This document shows, piece after piece, positions 1-9,008 of a stretch of 64,000 nucleotides of DNA. The translations under genes and the position numbers were made by a program. Origin of the DNA: a virus (taxonomy: Duplodnaviria; Heunggongvirae; Uroviricota; Caudoviricetes). Under the pieces are notes generated by a model. It searched no databases, was not told the origin of the DNA, and saw only the letters and a program-made list of their open reading frames with translations. Within the stretch, counting starts at the first letter, position 1, and every line of letters starts with the position of its first letter. The stretch lies in IMG/VR virus record IMGVR_UViG_3300027375_000001. One strand, 5' to 3'.

Positions 1-214
1 ACGGCACAGAGATGTAACGACCATTCTGTCTCGACTCCCATCCGTGATTCATAAACGACAACATTGAGTTGCTGGGATTGGGAAGATATGGAACAAAGCG
101 TACGATATACGTCTTGTCAATTTCTGGTTTAAAGAGATTATCGTTTTTCGGTGATGCACTTTGTGGTGTTTGTGAGGTTTGAATTTTGCTGAAGATTTCG
201 TCGAGAATAGACAT
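1..214 (-). CDS. gp32: Single-stranded DNA-binding protein gp32-like, N-terminal part (runs off window start; not in ORF track)
   Basis: Manual translation from ATG at 214: MSILDEIFSKIQ...LFKPEIDKTYIVRFVPYLPNPSNSMLSFMNHGWESRQNGRYISVP. The 'IRFLP...NHGF...G.WYI' pattern of T4 gp32 is recognisable, and the gene sits in the replication module. Confidence 0.7.
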   Translation of the reverse strand, partial: MSILDEIFSKIQTSQTPQSASPKNDNLFKPEIDKTYIVRFVPYLPNPSNSMLSFMNHGWESRQNGRYISVP

Positions 215-237
215 AGTGTTATTTGGTTGTGTATTTT

Positions 238-266
238 ATTATAATTGTTGGTTGTTTAGGATTCAA
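238..266 (-). promoter_or_regulatory. Sigma70-type promoter upstream of gp32-like gene
   Basis: Minus strand reads TTGAAT-N17-TATAAT, ending 23 nt before the ATG at 214. Confidence 0.6.
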
Positions 267-912
267 GAATTTTTTTAGTGTAGTTTTGTAGTGCTTGGTA
301 TAGTTGTTGTGTTTTTGGTTTGATATCTGATCTATCGTATTTAGTCTTGTGTGAGTACAAATTCACATCTCCAAGAAACAAACCAAATTCTTCTGGGTGC
401 AGCCCGTTCATAATAGAAAATGCATCTGGAAATGCAAAGATGGCATACAATGATACTTGGTGTTGTTTGATATGCTTAAGAAAGGTAGATGTATATCCTT
501 GCTTAAACTGGCAGTATTGTGATGCTCTAATTTTATTCTCAACACAAAAATCACGGATGAACTTAAATGATTGTATGGTGAGTGCTGCTTGTTGTGGATC
601 ATCTGGTTCCAGCAATGACAAATACTTCATATATGACGTATAGTCTTTAATTGCTTTTGGTGATATGTAATACTCAAGTGCTATCCTGCCGTTGTTTTTT
701 TGTGATTTGTGGATTTTGTATGGAGCCGCAAAATAATCTTCCCATTTAATATGCGGGTGCTTACCAAAGAAATGGCTCAGTCTTTGTAGATATGGATAAT
801 CCTCTCTACAATCAAAATTCAGCCAATTTTCTCTTAATCTAAATGGCTTATTAATTTGTCCAGAAGTAGTAGCAAGCCATTTATTGTAAATCTGTTTTTC
901 GTTTTCTGTCAT
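256..912 (-). CDS. Hypothetical protein (possibly a gp59-like helicase loader, by position only)
   Basis: 218-aa ORF in the co-directional run between gp41 and gp32; no motif firmly recognised. Confidence 0.55.
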   Translation of the reverse strand: MTENEKQIYNKWLATTSGQINKPFRLRENWLNFDCREDYPYLQRLSHFFGKHPHIKWEDYFAAPYKIHKSQKNNGRIALEYYISPKAIKDYTSYMKYLSLLEPDDPQQAALTIQSFKFIRDFCVENKIRASQYCQFKQGYTSTFLKHIKQHQVSLYAIFAFPDAFSIMNGLHPEEFGLFLGDVNLYSHKTKYDRSDIKPKTQQLYQALQNYTKKILES

Positions 913-1192
913 TACTTTGATTTAGTGCATATAATATTTTCTTTGATCTATTGACAATATCGTAATTGTACGACATCTTTCTCACAAAATCATAATATGT
1001 AATATCCATGATATCACACATTATTTTACGCAATTCCTGATTTTGTATGAAAGAAATAATAATCGATGTAGGACTTAAATTCTTATTTGATAAAAGACAG
1101 ATCAAAGAGCAAGATTTGATATAATGTTCGTCGATTTCATTTTCGCCTAAAAATTCTGTTGATTCATAATCCTTTTTTGTTTCAAATTCCAT
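881..1192 (-). CDS. Hypothetical protein
   Basis: 103-aa ORF packed between the helicase and the next gene, overlapping it as in an operon. Confidence 0.55.
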   Translation of the reverse strand: MEFETKKDYESTEFLGENEIDEHYIKSCSLICLLSNKNLSPTSIIISFIQNQELRKIMCDIMDITYYDFVRKMSYNYDIVNRSKKILYALNQSNDRKRKTDLQ

Positions 1193-1216
1193 GCCTGTAT
1201 TTAGACATACAAAGAA

Positions 1217-2584
1217 TTATGTCAACTTCAGGTCTTTCATTGCATTGTTAAAATCATCATCATCGAAATTGGTTTCTCCCGATGATAATGTCTCCGCATC
1301 ATATTCCGAAAGATGCAAAGTATCATAATCAATTTGAAACGCTGTATTGCCATGATTAGGTCCAAAACGGTTCTTCATCAAGTTAAGATGCAAAATCCCA
1401 GCTTCCCGATCTTCATCTGTACACCAGATACCGAACTGAGCGTCTGCTGTCATAGGCAACCCCATCGATTCACCTGTCGTCTCTAATCCAGGATTTGCTT
1501 GATCATATGCCGACCTATTTAATTGAGTGGCACTAATAACAGGTGCATTGAACACATACGACAAGGCACGCACTTCTTCTGCAATTTTCTTAATTTTTTC
1601 ATAAGAATTGCCATCACCAGAGCCTCTGCATGGAATCATCAAATTCAAATAATCCAAAATGATGGCATCAATCTTAATTCCTTTACGTACGAGCTTTGTT
1701 AAGTACGCTCTAATATGATTTGCACTAATCGACGATGGCGGAAACTCTTTAATGAAGAGCTTTGAATCCATATGATTTGAGGTGTACTCATTCATCCAAT
1801 CACGGAGTTCTTCTTTCTTCTCTGCAAGTGTATTGATAGGAATCCGAGATAGCTGTGCAGAAATACGCTTAGCATAAATCTGCTCAGGCATTTCCAAACT
1901 AATAATCACCGCACACTTACCTTGTGCCACAATGTTATTAGCTATATTGCCTAAGAAGATTGATTTGCCTACATTCGTAGTACCGCAGAAAATATACAGT
2001 GCTCTTCCTTCTTCCAAAAGCCCACCACCAAGCTTCTCATCAAGCCAATTCCACCCTGTCTTGAGACGAGATTCTTTTCGATCAAGGTAATCCAAATGCT
2101 TTTCAAAGTCCTTGAAATACTCAAGACCAACATCATCAATCAGCGACATTGTCACCGCAGTCTCAAGCTCTGCATATGCTGCAGTGTAATCTACACTGCC
2201 TTCTTTTGCTAGCTGCGTTGCGGTCTTACTCAAGAATGCAACAAGCGATCTTTCTTTCAAAAACTGCTCTGTATTCGTGAGCAATTCTTTTAAGTTAAAT
2301 GTCTTGTCGATCGCTGTGAACTCTTTTAAAAGCTTTGCAAACAACTCTCTTTCGGTTGACTCTTTGAGTCTTACTTTGATTTCCGTGATAGACGGAATTT
2401 CATTGTGCTCATTGAAAAAGTCAACGATAGGAAAGATCGCAGCCTTTGTCTCCGGTCGATGAAATAACTCAGGTTTAAGATGGTCGATAATGCTTGCGAG
2501 ATACTCTGAATTAAACAGAGCATGGTATGCAATTACCGATTCAAAAAGATTTAAATCAAGCTTCTTCGTTGTCTTCTTCGTCAT
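1217..2584 (-). CDS. gp41: Replicative DnaB-like helicase
   Basis: Walker A GTTNVGKS, ISLEM, ILDYLNL, ISATQLNR, ESMGLPMTAD, MKNRFGP motifs. Confidence 0.95.
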   Translation of the reverse strand: MTKKTTKKLDLNLFESVIAYHALFNSEYLASIIDHLKPELFHRPETKAAIFPIVDFFNEHNEIPSITEIKVRLKESTERELFAKLLKEFTAIDKTFNLKELLTNTEQFLKERSLVAFLSKTATQLAKEGSVDYTAAYAELETAVTMSLIDDVGLEYFKDFEKHLDYLDRKESRLKTGWNWLDEKLGGGLLEEGRALYIFCGTTNVGKSIFLGNIANNIVAQGKCAVIISLEMPEQIYAKRISAQLSRIPINTLAEKKEELRDWMNEYTSNHMDSKLFIKEFPPSSISANHIRAYLTKLVRKGIKIDAIILDYLNLMIPCRGSGDGNSYEKIKKIAEEVRALSYVFNAPVISATQLNRSAYDQANPGLETTGESMGLPMTADAQFGIWCTDEDREAGILHLNLMKNRFGPNHGNTAFQIDYDTLHLSEYDAETLSSGETNFDDDDFNNAMKDLKLT

Positions 2585-3656
2585 TGGTGTCTAGGTCGGT
2601 GGTTGAATACATCAGTTCAGTGTCGAGTTTCTTTTGAAGATTAGGAATAATGGTATTCTCCCAAAGATCTTCATTCTTGCGCCACTGTTTAAAATATCCG
2701 AGCTTAGTGCCATCTGGCAACTGATATGTTGCACCAGTTTGCTTAACAACTTCATATGCAATTGCCATCACCTCAAGGCCCGAAAATTTATCGAGACCTG
2801 TTTTAAAGTTAAGCTCTAGTTCAGTCTTCAAGAATGGCGGAACTACACGATTTTTAACAGTCATTGCAGACATAGTAATGCCGCTAACTTTATTTGCAAT
2901 GGCGATTTTTTTATCATCATCGTCCTCGTCTTTATTTTGTGTCATTGACATCTGAACTAAAACAGTTGAAAGATAAATTGGTCCCTTACCACCACCTTGA
3001 TTCTTAATCAATGATGGAAACATCGCAGATGGGTCATCATAGATATGGTTTGTGAATAAAATTGGAACCTGTGCTTTCGATGCTTTATTGCTCAATGTTC
3101 GCATAAGGCTTTTCATCGCCCTTGCACGAAGACCCATATCCGCAGATTCTTTGTCTTTGGAAATGTCTTGCAACTCTTTTGCATTGATAAGGTTGCCAAG
3201 AGAATCAATTGCAAAAATAAATTTACCTTTCATTTCTGGATCTGCGATAATTTCATCCAGAAACTTAACCATATCATTACGACATTGCTCGATCGTATCT
3301 GCCGAGTTCCAAATATAATTGTTGACATCACACCCAACACCCTCAGCTGCTCTGCGATCAACCGCACCCTCTGTATCCCAGATGACTGGAATCATTCCTT
3401 GTTTTTGTGCATTCCCAAAAATCTTATTGATAATAAGAGTCTTGCCACATCCGGATGGACCAGAAAATCCTGTAATACGACCCTTTGGTACCCCACCATC
3501 TTTGATCTTGCCACTGATGATAGCATTCAGTGCATAGCTTCCTGTATCAATGAAGCCTGTAATAGTCGATAGTGTACTGTTATTAAGGAACTCAGCGTCC
3601 GGATTAATCTTCTTTAAACTCTTGAAAGCCTTTTCTAAAATCGGATTCTTTTTCAT
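2556..3656 (-). CDS. uvsX: RecA-like recombinase UvsX
   Basis: IDTGSYALNAIISG, Walker A GPSGCGKT, FAIDSLGNL, DMGLRAR, FTNHIY, GGGKGPIY. Start taken at MKKNP. Confidence 0.95.
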   Translation of the reverse strand: MKKNPILEKAFKSLKKINPDAEFLNNSTLSTITGFIDTGSYALNAIISGKIKDGGVPKGRITGFSGPSGCGKTLIINKIFGNAQKQGMIPVIWDTEGAVDRRAAEGVGCDVNNYIWNSADTIEQCRNDMVKFLDEIIADPEMKGKFIFAIDSLGNLINAKELQDISKDKESADMGLRARAMKSLMRTLSNKASKAQVPILFTNHIYDDPSAMFPSLIKNQGGGKGPIYLSTVLVQMSMTQNKDEDDDDKKIAIANKVSGITMSAMTVKNRVVPPFLKTELELNFKTGLDKFSGLEVMAIAYEVVKQTGATYQLPDGTKLGYFKQWRKNEDLWENTIIPNLQKKLDTELMYSTTDLDTNDEEDNEEA

Positions 3657-3706
3657 GTATATCAATATAAGAGGCGGTGTGTGTTAAATCACATGTATTG
3701 TGCAAT

Positions 3707-3734
3707 AAAAAAGCCCCTCCGAAGAGGGGCTTTT
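3707..3734 (-). terminator. Rho-independent terminator with C(UUCG)G loop
   Basis: Minus strand AAAAGCCCCTC-TTCG-GAGGGGCTTTTTT downstream of the 3752..4135 gene. Confidence 0.85.
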
Positions 3735-3751
3735 GGTTTAGTTTGGTTTGA

Positions 3752-4135
3752 TTATTCGTCAAAAAGCTTGACAACCTTTGGGTCTGAAATCGGCTGCACC
3801 AAAGGCGGCGGTGCAAACATTGCTTCATATTGGCCGTACAACTTGAAGTCAAAGGTGGCGCCATTGGTAAGTGCAATTGAACTCTTTGGATAATTGAAGA
3901 CAATTGGTTCTTCGAGGCTTGCGCCGAATTCGCGGAAGAATGCAGGCAAGAGTTGTAGTGCCATGTTCTGTCCTTGGGGAACAACATGAACTACTACTGG
4001 ATTCTTGATTGCTACTGTAGTATCTGTATCGAGATGTGGAACCAATTCACCGAATCCAGTGCGTCCTGCTGGATCGATAAATGCGATAAGGTTTTCCTTG
4101 ACGAATGTGCGGATGTTTGGTGTTTCGTTACTCAT
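3752..4135 (-). CDS. Hypothetical protein (possible Sm/SH3-like small beta-barrel)
   Basis: 127-aa ORF with its own upstream promoter-like motif and a downstream terminator. Confidence 0.7.
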   Translation of the reverse strand: MSNETPNIRTFVKENLIAFIDPAGRTGFGELVPHLDTDTTVAIKNPVVVHVVPQGQNMALQLLPAFFREFGASLEEPIVFNYPKSSIALTNGATFDFKLYGQYEAMFAPPPLVQPISDPKVVKLFDE

Positions 4136-4175
4136 AAATTTATATGTTATATGTTATATTGTGGTTGTTGTGTAT

Positions 4176-4649
4176 TCAACTATTATTTCTTGATTTTAAC
4201 TCTTTTTCAACTGCATTGATAAATTCAGTGTGTGCTTTTGGTACTGATTTAAATTGAAATCCATATTTTCTCTTGCTGAGGTCTTTGTATACCTTTTGTA
4301 ATTCTGATGTATTGATTTTGCTGAGGTCATTATCTTCGTCATTAGATTCTTTGTATTCCTCTTTGTCTTGTTTTAGTTTATCGTGGGCTTTTTCAAATTT
4401 TTCACGATCATTTCCTTTATAGGAAACACCCGTCATTTTAACCCAATTGGCTACTCTATCATAGTTTTGTTTTGATGGATTCTTTTCAAGGAAATTCAGA
4501 ACGAATGACAGTTTTTTGCTCGGGTCTTTGATGTCTCTAGCGTCTGTTCGAACAATCTGCCATTTGATGTCAAATTTATTGGTTTGTTTCGACTCTCTTA
4601 AAATTGATTCTTGTTCCGCCGTGTTGATGTATTCTAAAAATGTATTCAT
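4176..4649 (-). CDS. Hypothetical protein, possibly a late/head-internal protein
   Basis: Start re-called at MNTFLEYI (4649) because the longer ORF overlaps the PRTase gene. TAAATT lies just upstream; N-terminal ILRE|S motif. Confidence 0.6.
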   Translation of the reverse strand: MNTFLEYINTAEQESILRESKQTNKFDIKWQIVRTDARDIKDPSKKLSFVLNFLEKNPSKQNYDRVANWVKMTGVSYKGNDREKFEKAHDKLKQDKEEYKESNDEDNDLSKINTSELQKVYKDLSKRKYGFQFKSVPKAHTEFINAVEKELKSRNNS

Positions 4650-4657
4650 ATAATAAT

Positions 4658-5128
4658 TTATTCCCATGGAAATACAATCCATTCATCTAACTTCCATTCT
4701 GTGTTGAAAATATGCCGACATGGCCATTCGCACTTTCTTTTACGACCAATCGTGGCGACAATGATTCGTTCATGGATTTTATCTGTATTGATAAACGATC
4801 TGCACTCATGATCAATTCTCCAGATAATATTATTAATGACTTTTCCGGTATCCAGGACATCATCAAATATAACCAAGTACCTTTGAGAATTAAACAATGA
4901 AAGAAGATTAAGACGAATTAGATCTGTTTCATTAATTGCTGGTGGTTTGAATTCGGTGGATGTCAAATTTCGTATCGCATTGACTGTCATTGTGGCTACA
5001 GGCCACCCTCCATAATATGGTGCCAAAATTACAAAATCATTTAGCTTATCTGAATAATCTGTAACGAGCGTTTGTGCTAATGATTCAGTACTTTCCTCTA
5101 CGTAATCCCAAGATAGATAAGTCTTCAT
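4658..5128 (-). CDS. Type I phosphoribosyltransferase (Gpt/Hpt-like)
   Basis: N-terminal LSWDYVE, PRPP-binding loop LVIFDDVLDTGK and C-terminal WIVFPWE typical of xanthine-guanine PRTases. Confidence 0.85.
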   Translation of the reverse strand: MKTYLSWDYVEESTESLAQTLVTDYSDKLNDFVILAPYYGGWPVATMTVNAIRNLTSTEFKPPAINETDLIRLNLLSLFNSQRYLVIFDDVLDTGKVINNIIWRIDHECRSFINTDKIHERIIVATIGRKRKCEWPCRHIFNTEWKLDEWIVFPWE

Positions 5129-5130
5129 TG

Positions 5131-5694
5131 TTACCAGAGCTCCTGATCTAGTTTAGCTAAAATATATTCAACATAACTATCGGGGTTACCTTGCGGAACT
5201 TGCCAAATAGGCGTAGAAAGAGTGCTTGTAATATCTAGCCACCGATAGCCAATATCTGACATTAGATTGTAGATCTGCTCCTGCCATTGAACATCCAATG
5301 ACCGAAATCCGTCATCTTTCATTTCAAGAGGTGGTAATACGAAAATATGATCATATTGATGCATAGTCTCCGCATAAATTTCATAGAATGTTTTCCATTC
5401 CTTGAATGAATATTTTCCAATGAGATAATCATGCGTAGCGTACGTAAACGCATCTAATGCACCCCTGTCGGTGATGAACTTCGGATGTCTATAGATATTA
5501 CGATGATGCTCCTCAAGAATAGTCATCTGAGATTCATAATTCGAATCTTGATTGATTTTAATATTCTTTTCTTTCACCAGCCTTCTTACAGGCTCATCAA
5601 TAAAATGATACTGGTCAAAATTACCGCACTCTTTAAGTTTGCGCATTAGAGTACTTTTACCCGCACATTGGGGTCCGCTAATACAAATTTTCAT
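5131..5694 (-). CDS. P-loop nucleotide (NMP) kinase-like protein, thymidylate kinase/AAA_28 type
   Basis: ICISGPQCAGKSTL P-loop, FIDEPVR, FITDRGALDAFTY, YDHIFVLPP...DDGFRS. Confidence 0.8.
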   Translation of the reverse strand: MKICISGPQCAGKSTLMRKLKECGNFDQYHFIDEPVRRLVKEKNIKINQDSNYESQMTILEEHHRNIYRHPKFITDRGALDAFTYATHDYLIGKYSFKEWKTFYEIYAETMHQYDHIFVLPPLEMKDDGFRSLDVQWQEQIYNLMSDIGYRWLDITSTLSTPIWQVPQGNPDSYVEYILAKLDQELW

Positions 5695-6485
5695 TCAGTA
5701 ATATATCTAAAGGTTTTTATGTTATCAAGTATAATTTGCAGTTGTTCATCAGAAACCTCGCTATGAATCAAATCATTCATTTTGATTTTCTTCTTCTGAT
5801 AAATTCCCAATGCGTCATATTTAATACCAAGCAATCCGTGTAGAATTGGGCTTGATGTGTCTACAGAATTAATATCATTATATCCTCGATATCCCAATTC
5901 AATTGGCAAAGAACATCCGAGCAAATGATGATAGCAATCCGATTTCCATACTCCTGTTTCTTTGAGATGTTTCACAAATTGAATTCTGCCATTTGCTTGA
6001 TCCCAGTCTCTAGTCTCTGAATCTTTAACAAAGAAATCATGATTGAATCCGATGGCGATATTTCTAATGCCATTTTTGTAATATGCTACATAACACTCGG
6101 TCAGCTCATCCATTGATTGGCCTTGCACAACTGCCATTGGTAACAAATTACGTGGAGACCTGTTGAATTTGTCATGATATGTCGACATCCAAACCCTCGC
6201 ATTATGAATACTGTCTTCTTTATCTCCCAGAACATCTGGCAAGATGTACCTAGTAGGATTCAATCCCTGCACATGTACTGCATATTTATCCCAATCAAAA
6301 GCATGCCCTAGTTCAAATATACTGTTATCAAGTATTAGCTGATTGACTGGAATCTTGCTTTTGCTGTAGAAATGGTCTTTATATTCTTGTGATTCATCTA
6401 AAAGATGAACTAGAACATATTCATAGTGCGTTACTTTCTGTACTTGTTTTAATATTGCTATTGGTGCTTCGTGTGCTATTTTCAT
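5691..6485 (-). CDS. tRNA-guanine transglycosylase (TGT)-fold protein, DpdA-like
   Basis: TGT motifs in the correct order: ILDNSIFELG, ILPDV, MAVVQG, IAIG, HHLLG, SVDTSSP (nucleophile Asp). No C-terminal zinc site. Confidence 0.75.
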   Translation of the reverse strand: MKIAHEAPIAILKQVQKVTHYEYVLVHLLDESQEYKDHFYSKSKIPVNQLILDNSIFELGHAFDWDKYAVHVQGLNPTRYILPDVLGDKEDSIHNARVWMSTYHDKFNRSPRNLLPMAVVQGQSMDELTECYVAYYKNGIRNIAIGFNHDFFVKDSETRDWDQANGRIQFVKHLKETGVWKSDCYHHLLGCSLPIELGYRGYNDINSVDTSSPILHGLLGIKYDALGIYQKKKIKMNDLIHSEVSDEQLQIILDNIKTFRYITE

Positions 6486-8839
6486 AAGGCAAAAAGATCT
6501 AAAAAATCACATTGATATTGTCTGCTCATGTCTGGAATTTGCCAGCCGATACAACTATACACTCTTTCAATGCAAGGTGCAACTAGCTTCTCAAACATTT
6601 TTTCTGTGTCGATTTTAATGTCGAACTCTGGTGGGATTGTGTCATTAAATCCAATACATTTGAGCCCGTATTTGTTTTGGGCTGTGTATACATACCGAAT
6701 CTTTGTGCCCGAAATGATTGGCATGTATTTTGATTTCAAATTCAATGTATTAATTAATGTATTGAAATAAATCGCCGATTTGACATGAATAGGAGTATGC
6801 AATGCAATATTGAATCCGTTCGACTGTGAAGCATATTTCTCATAATCTTTAATAGAGGAACGCAATGCAATATCATCAATTGGTAAGGTCTTGAAACTCT
6901 CATAACACTCTCTATACTTTGCGTCAGTAATCGCACGATCTTTTGATTTAAACGCGGTCGTAATGATATCCTTCATCAACTTCTTAACAGCATTTGAATA
7001 TGTACTGCGCTGAACTTCAACACCAACATATTTGTATTTGTGTTTGTTTCTTTTGCCATCATACCTCACACTAAGAATATACCGTTTCTTTTCCAAGAAA
7101 AGACCAACATCACAAATTGATTCTCTCTTGAAGAAGTATCGCGGATCTACTGAATGTAATGTATTGCGCGCCCAATGATTAATTTTATCATTGATGAATG
7201 ACTGTAGTGTATCCGTTGCTGCAACGCATTCTTCTGTAACGTCTCCGTTTTCCTTTAAGATCGGAATATTATGTTTTGTGAGGTAATCTTTAATAGTTAA
7301 ATAAACCGAATCTGTGTCTCCATATACGATATAATCCTTATCCGGCAAACCATTTTCCTCGACAAAGAATTTATTAACAATCGATGCTGCTTGTTTAATA
7401 ACCGCCTGCCCTGTTTCCGTAATACTTGCAGCCATATCAATATCATAGAACGGACTGTATTTGTTCGCATAAGTACCATACGCAGAATTCAAGAAAATCT
7501 TGATTGTGTACTGCATCTGATCCAAATGCTTAATCTTATGTTTAATTTCTGGTGTTACTTGCTGTGATTCAAGCTGTTCAATTTGGTTTTGGATAACAAC
7601 CCGTTCTTGATAAAGTGAATCAATAAAAGTCGGACAAATGCCTTTGACATCTTGACGATACAAAACACCTGCTTGTGATAATGCAAGCCTTCCTTTTGTA
7701 CAAAATTCCTCAAGCTGGTCTATGGTAAATACTTGTTCTTTTTTGTTGATAAATCTTACTTTGCATTCGGTGTCATCCCTGTAAATGATTTTACCGATTT
7801 TTGTTTCCGGTGAAAGATTCAGGGTGATGATCGTATTTGGATATAGGGAGTTGGCGTCAAATGATACAACTGCTTCATTCAACCCACGCTGCGGTTCTCG
7901 GACATATCCACCAACATAATCCTCTTGTGTTGCAACTGCATTGAATGTCGGAATGATTTTATTCATGCGATTAGCTTCCTTGCACATCGCACCAGTCACT
8001 ATCATAATTTTACCCAATGAGTCTTCGATTTTGGTAAATCCTTTATAAGCTAAGAATCTCGCAATAGTAACATAATTCAATTTTTCGTCCAACAATCTGA
8101 CAAGGTTTACGTCATGAATATTGTAATGAACAAATGAATTCCAATCGCTTTCAGCAAGCGCTGCCAAATCCGACGCATTGTGGGCCAATTTACCAATTTC
8201 AAGCTCTGCTGCTGCAATGTTGTTAAGAGAATATGAATCTTGTTCTCCTCTACTAAAGGTCTTGTACAAGTCCATATAATCAAGACAAGTCATTCCTCGA
8301 ATATACCACTTATTAATTTCTCTGCCAAACTTTGTAGCAATTCCTTGTCGAACATAAAGCTTGCGCACAGGAGAGAGCATCTTTGCTTCATCCTCTCCCA
8401 AAACATAAGAAATCCGATTAATGATATATGGAATATCAAACCCTTCAATATTCCATCCGGTTACTGCATCTGGATAATCTTTAGACCAAAACTCTAGAAA
8501 TTTTTGGAGCAACTCCGTTTCGGTTCTACAATAGGTATAATGGATTCTCTGAACATCCAACTCTTTAATTCCTTGCGATGCGAACGCGGCGTTGATGCCA
8601 GATTTTTCGTACGGATGTAAACCCCAACTATAAAAGCTTTCAGATATGTTATCATAAATTGTGATTACGTTGATTGGATGTTTTGCTTCGTCTGCTTCTG
8701 GAAATTCTGACTGATGAGTATAGCATGAATTATGATATGAAGTCCATTCCTTTGTCTCTTCGTCCCAGATTTCATATTGCTCAAGTAGTTGCGGATTTCC
8801 ACGGATTTCACCCAATGTTGTTTCAATTACTTCATTCAT
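6482..8839 (-). CDS. gp43: DNA polymerase family B, C-terminal fragment (ExoII/III plus polymerase domain)
   Basis: TGWNIEGFDIPY (ExoII), YNIHDV (ExoIII), SFDANSLYP, KIFLNSAYG, YGDTDS. ExoI is absent from this ORF. Confidence 0.95.
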   Translation of the reverse strand: MNEVIETTLGEIRGNPQLLEQYEIWDEETKEWTSYHNSCYTHQSEFPEADEAKHPINVITIYDNISESFYSWGLHPYEKSGINAAFASQGIKELDVQRIHYTYCRTETELLQKFLEFWSKDYPDAVTGWNIEGFDIPYIINRISYVLGEDEAKMLSPVRKLYVRQGIATKFGREINKWYIRGMTCLDYMDLYKTFSRGEQDSYSLNNIAAAELEIGKLAHNASDLAALAESDWNSFVHYNIHDVNLVRLLDEKLNYVTIARFLAYKGFTKIEDSLGKIMIVTGAMCKEANRMNKIIPTFNAVATQEDYVGGYVREPQRGLNEAVVSFDANSLYPNTIITLNLSPETKIGKIIYRDDTECKVRFINKKEQVFTIDQLEEFCTKGRLALSQAGVLYRQDVKGICPTFIDSLYQERVVIQNQIEQLESQQVTPEIKHKIKHLDQMQYTIKIFLNSAYGTYANKYSPFYDIDMAASITETGQAVIKQAASIVNKFFVEENGLPDKDYIVYGDTDSVYLTIKDYLTKHNIPILKENGDVTEECVAATDTLQSFINDKINHWARNTLHSVDPRYFFKRESICDVGLFLEKKRYILSVRYDGKRNKHKYKYVGVEVQRSTYSNAVKKLMKDIITTAFKSKDRAITDAKYRECYESFKTLPIDDIALRSSIKDYEKYASQSNGFNIALHTPIHVKSAIYFNTLINTLNLKSKYMPIISGTKIRYVYTAQNKYGLKCIGFNDTIPPEFDIKIDTEKMFEKLVAPCIERVYSCIGWQIPDMSRQYQCDFLDLFAL

Positions 8840-9008
8840 TGTTTCGGTAGTGTATCATGCGTTTTCTTGTGCATGGATTAATTTTCGATAAATAGATTTC
8901 AAATTCTTCGTCTGACATTTTTTTAAGTCTTGACGATGTTAATTGTTTTTGGTTTGTTTTGACTCCTTTTTTTGCTTTAGATATTGCTTCCCCGCGTTTT
9001 TTGTGTGT
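8832..9008 (-). pseudogene. Remnant 3' end of a probable free-standing homing endonuclease gene
   Basis: Open frame with no start at its 5' end: THKKRGEAISKAKKGVKTNQKQLTSSRLKKMSDEEFEIYLSKINPCTRKRMIHYRNNE*. It has a NUMOD3-like 'RGEAISKAKKG' motif, and its TGA overlaps the gp43C start (ATGAATGA). Confidence 0.45.

Noticed and set aside
8840-8985. T4 gene 60-style translational bypass (a KYK-containing nascent peptide precedes the stop)
   Set aside because: The take-off codon before TAA is ATC. No matching ATC exists between the in-frame TGA and the C-gene ATG (TAC ACT ACC GAA ACA), and no take-off hairpin is evident.
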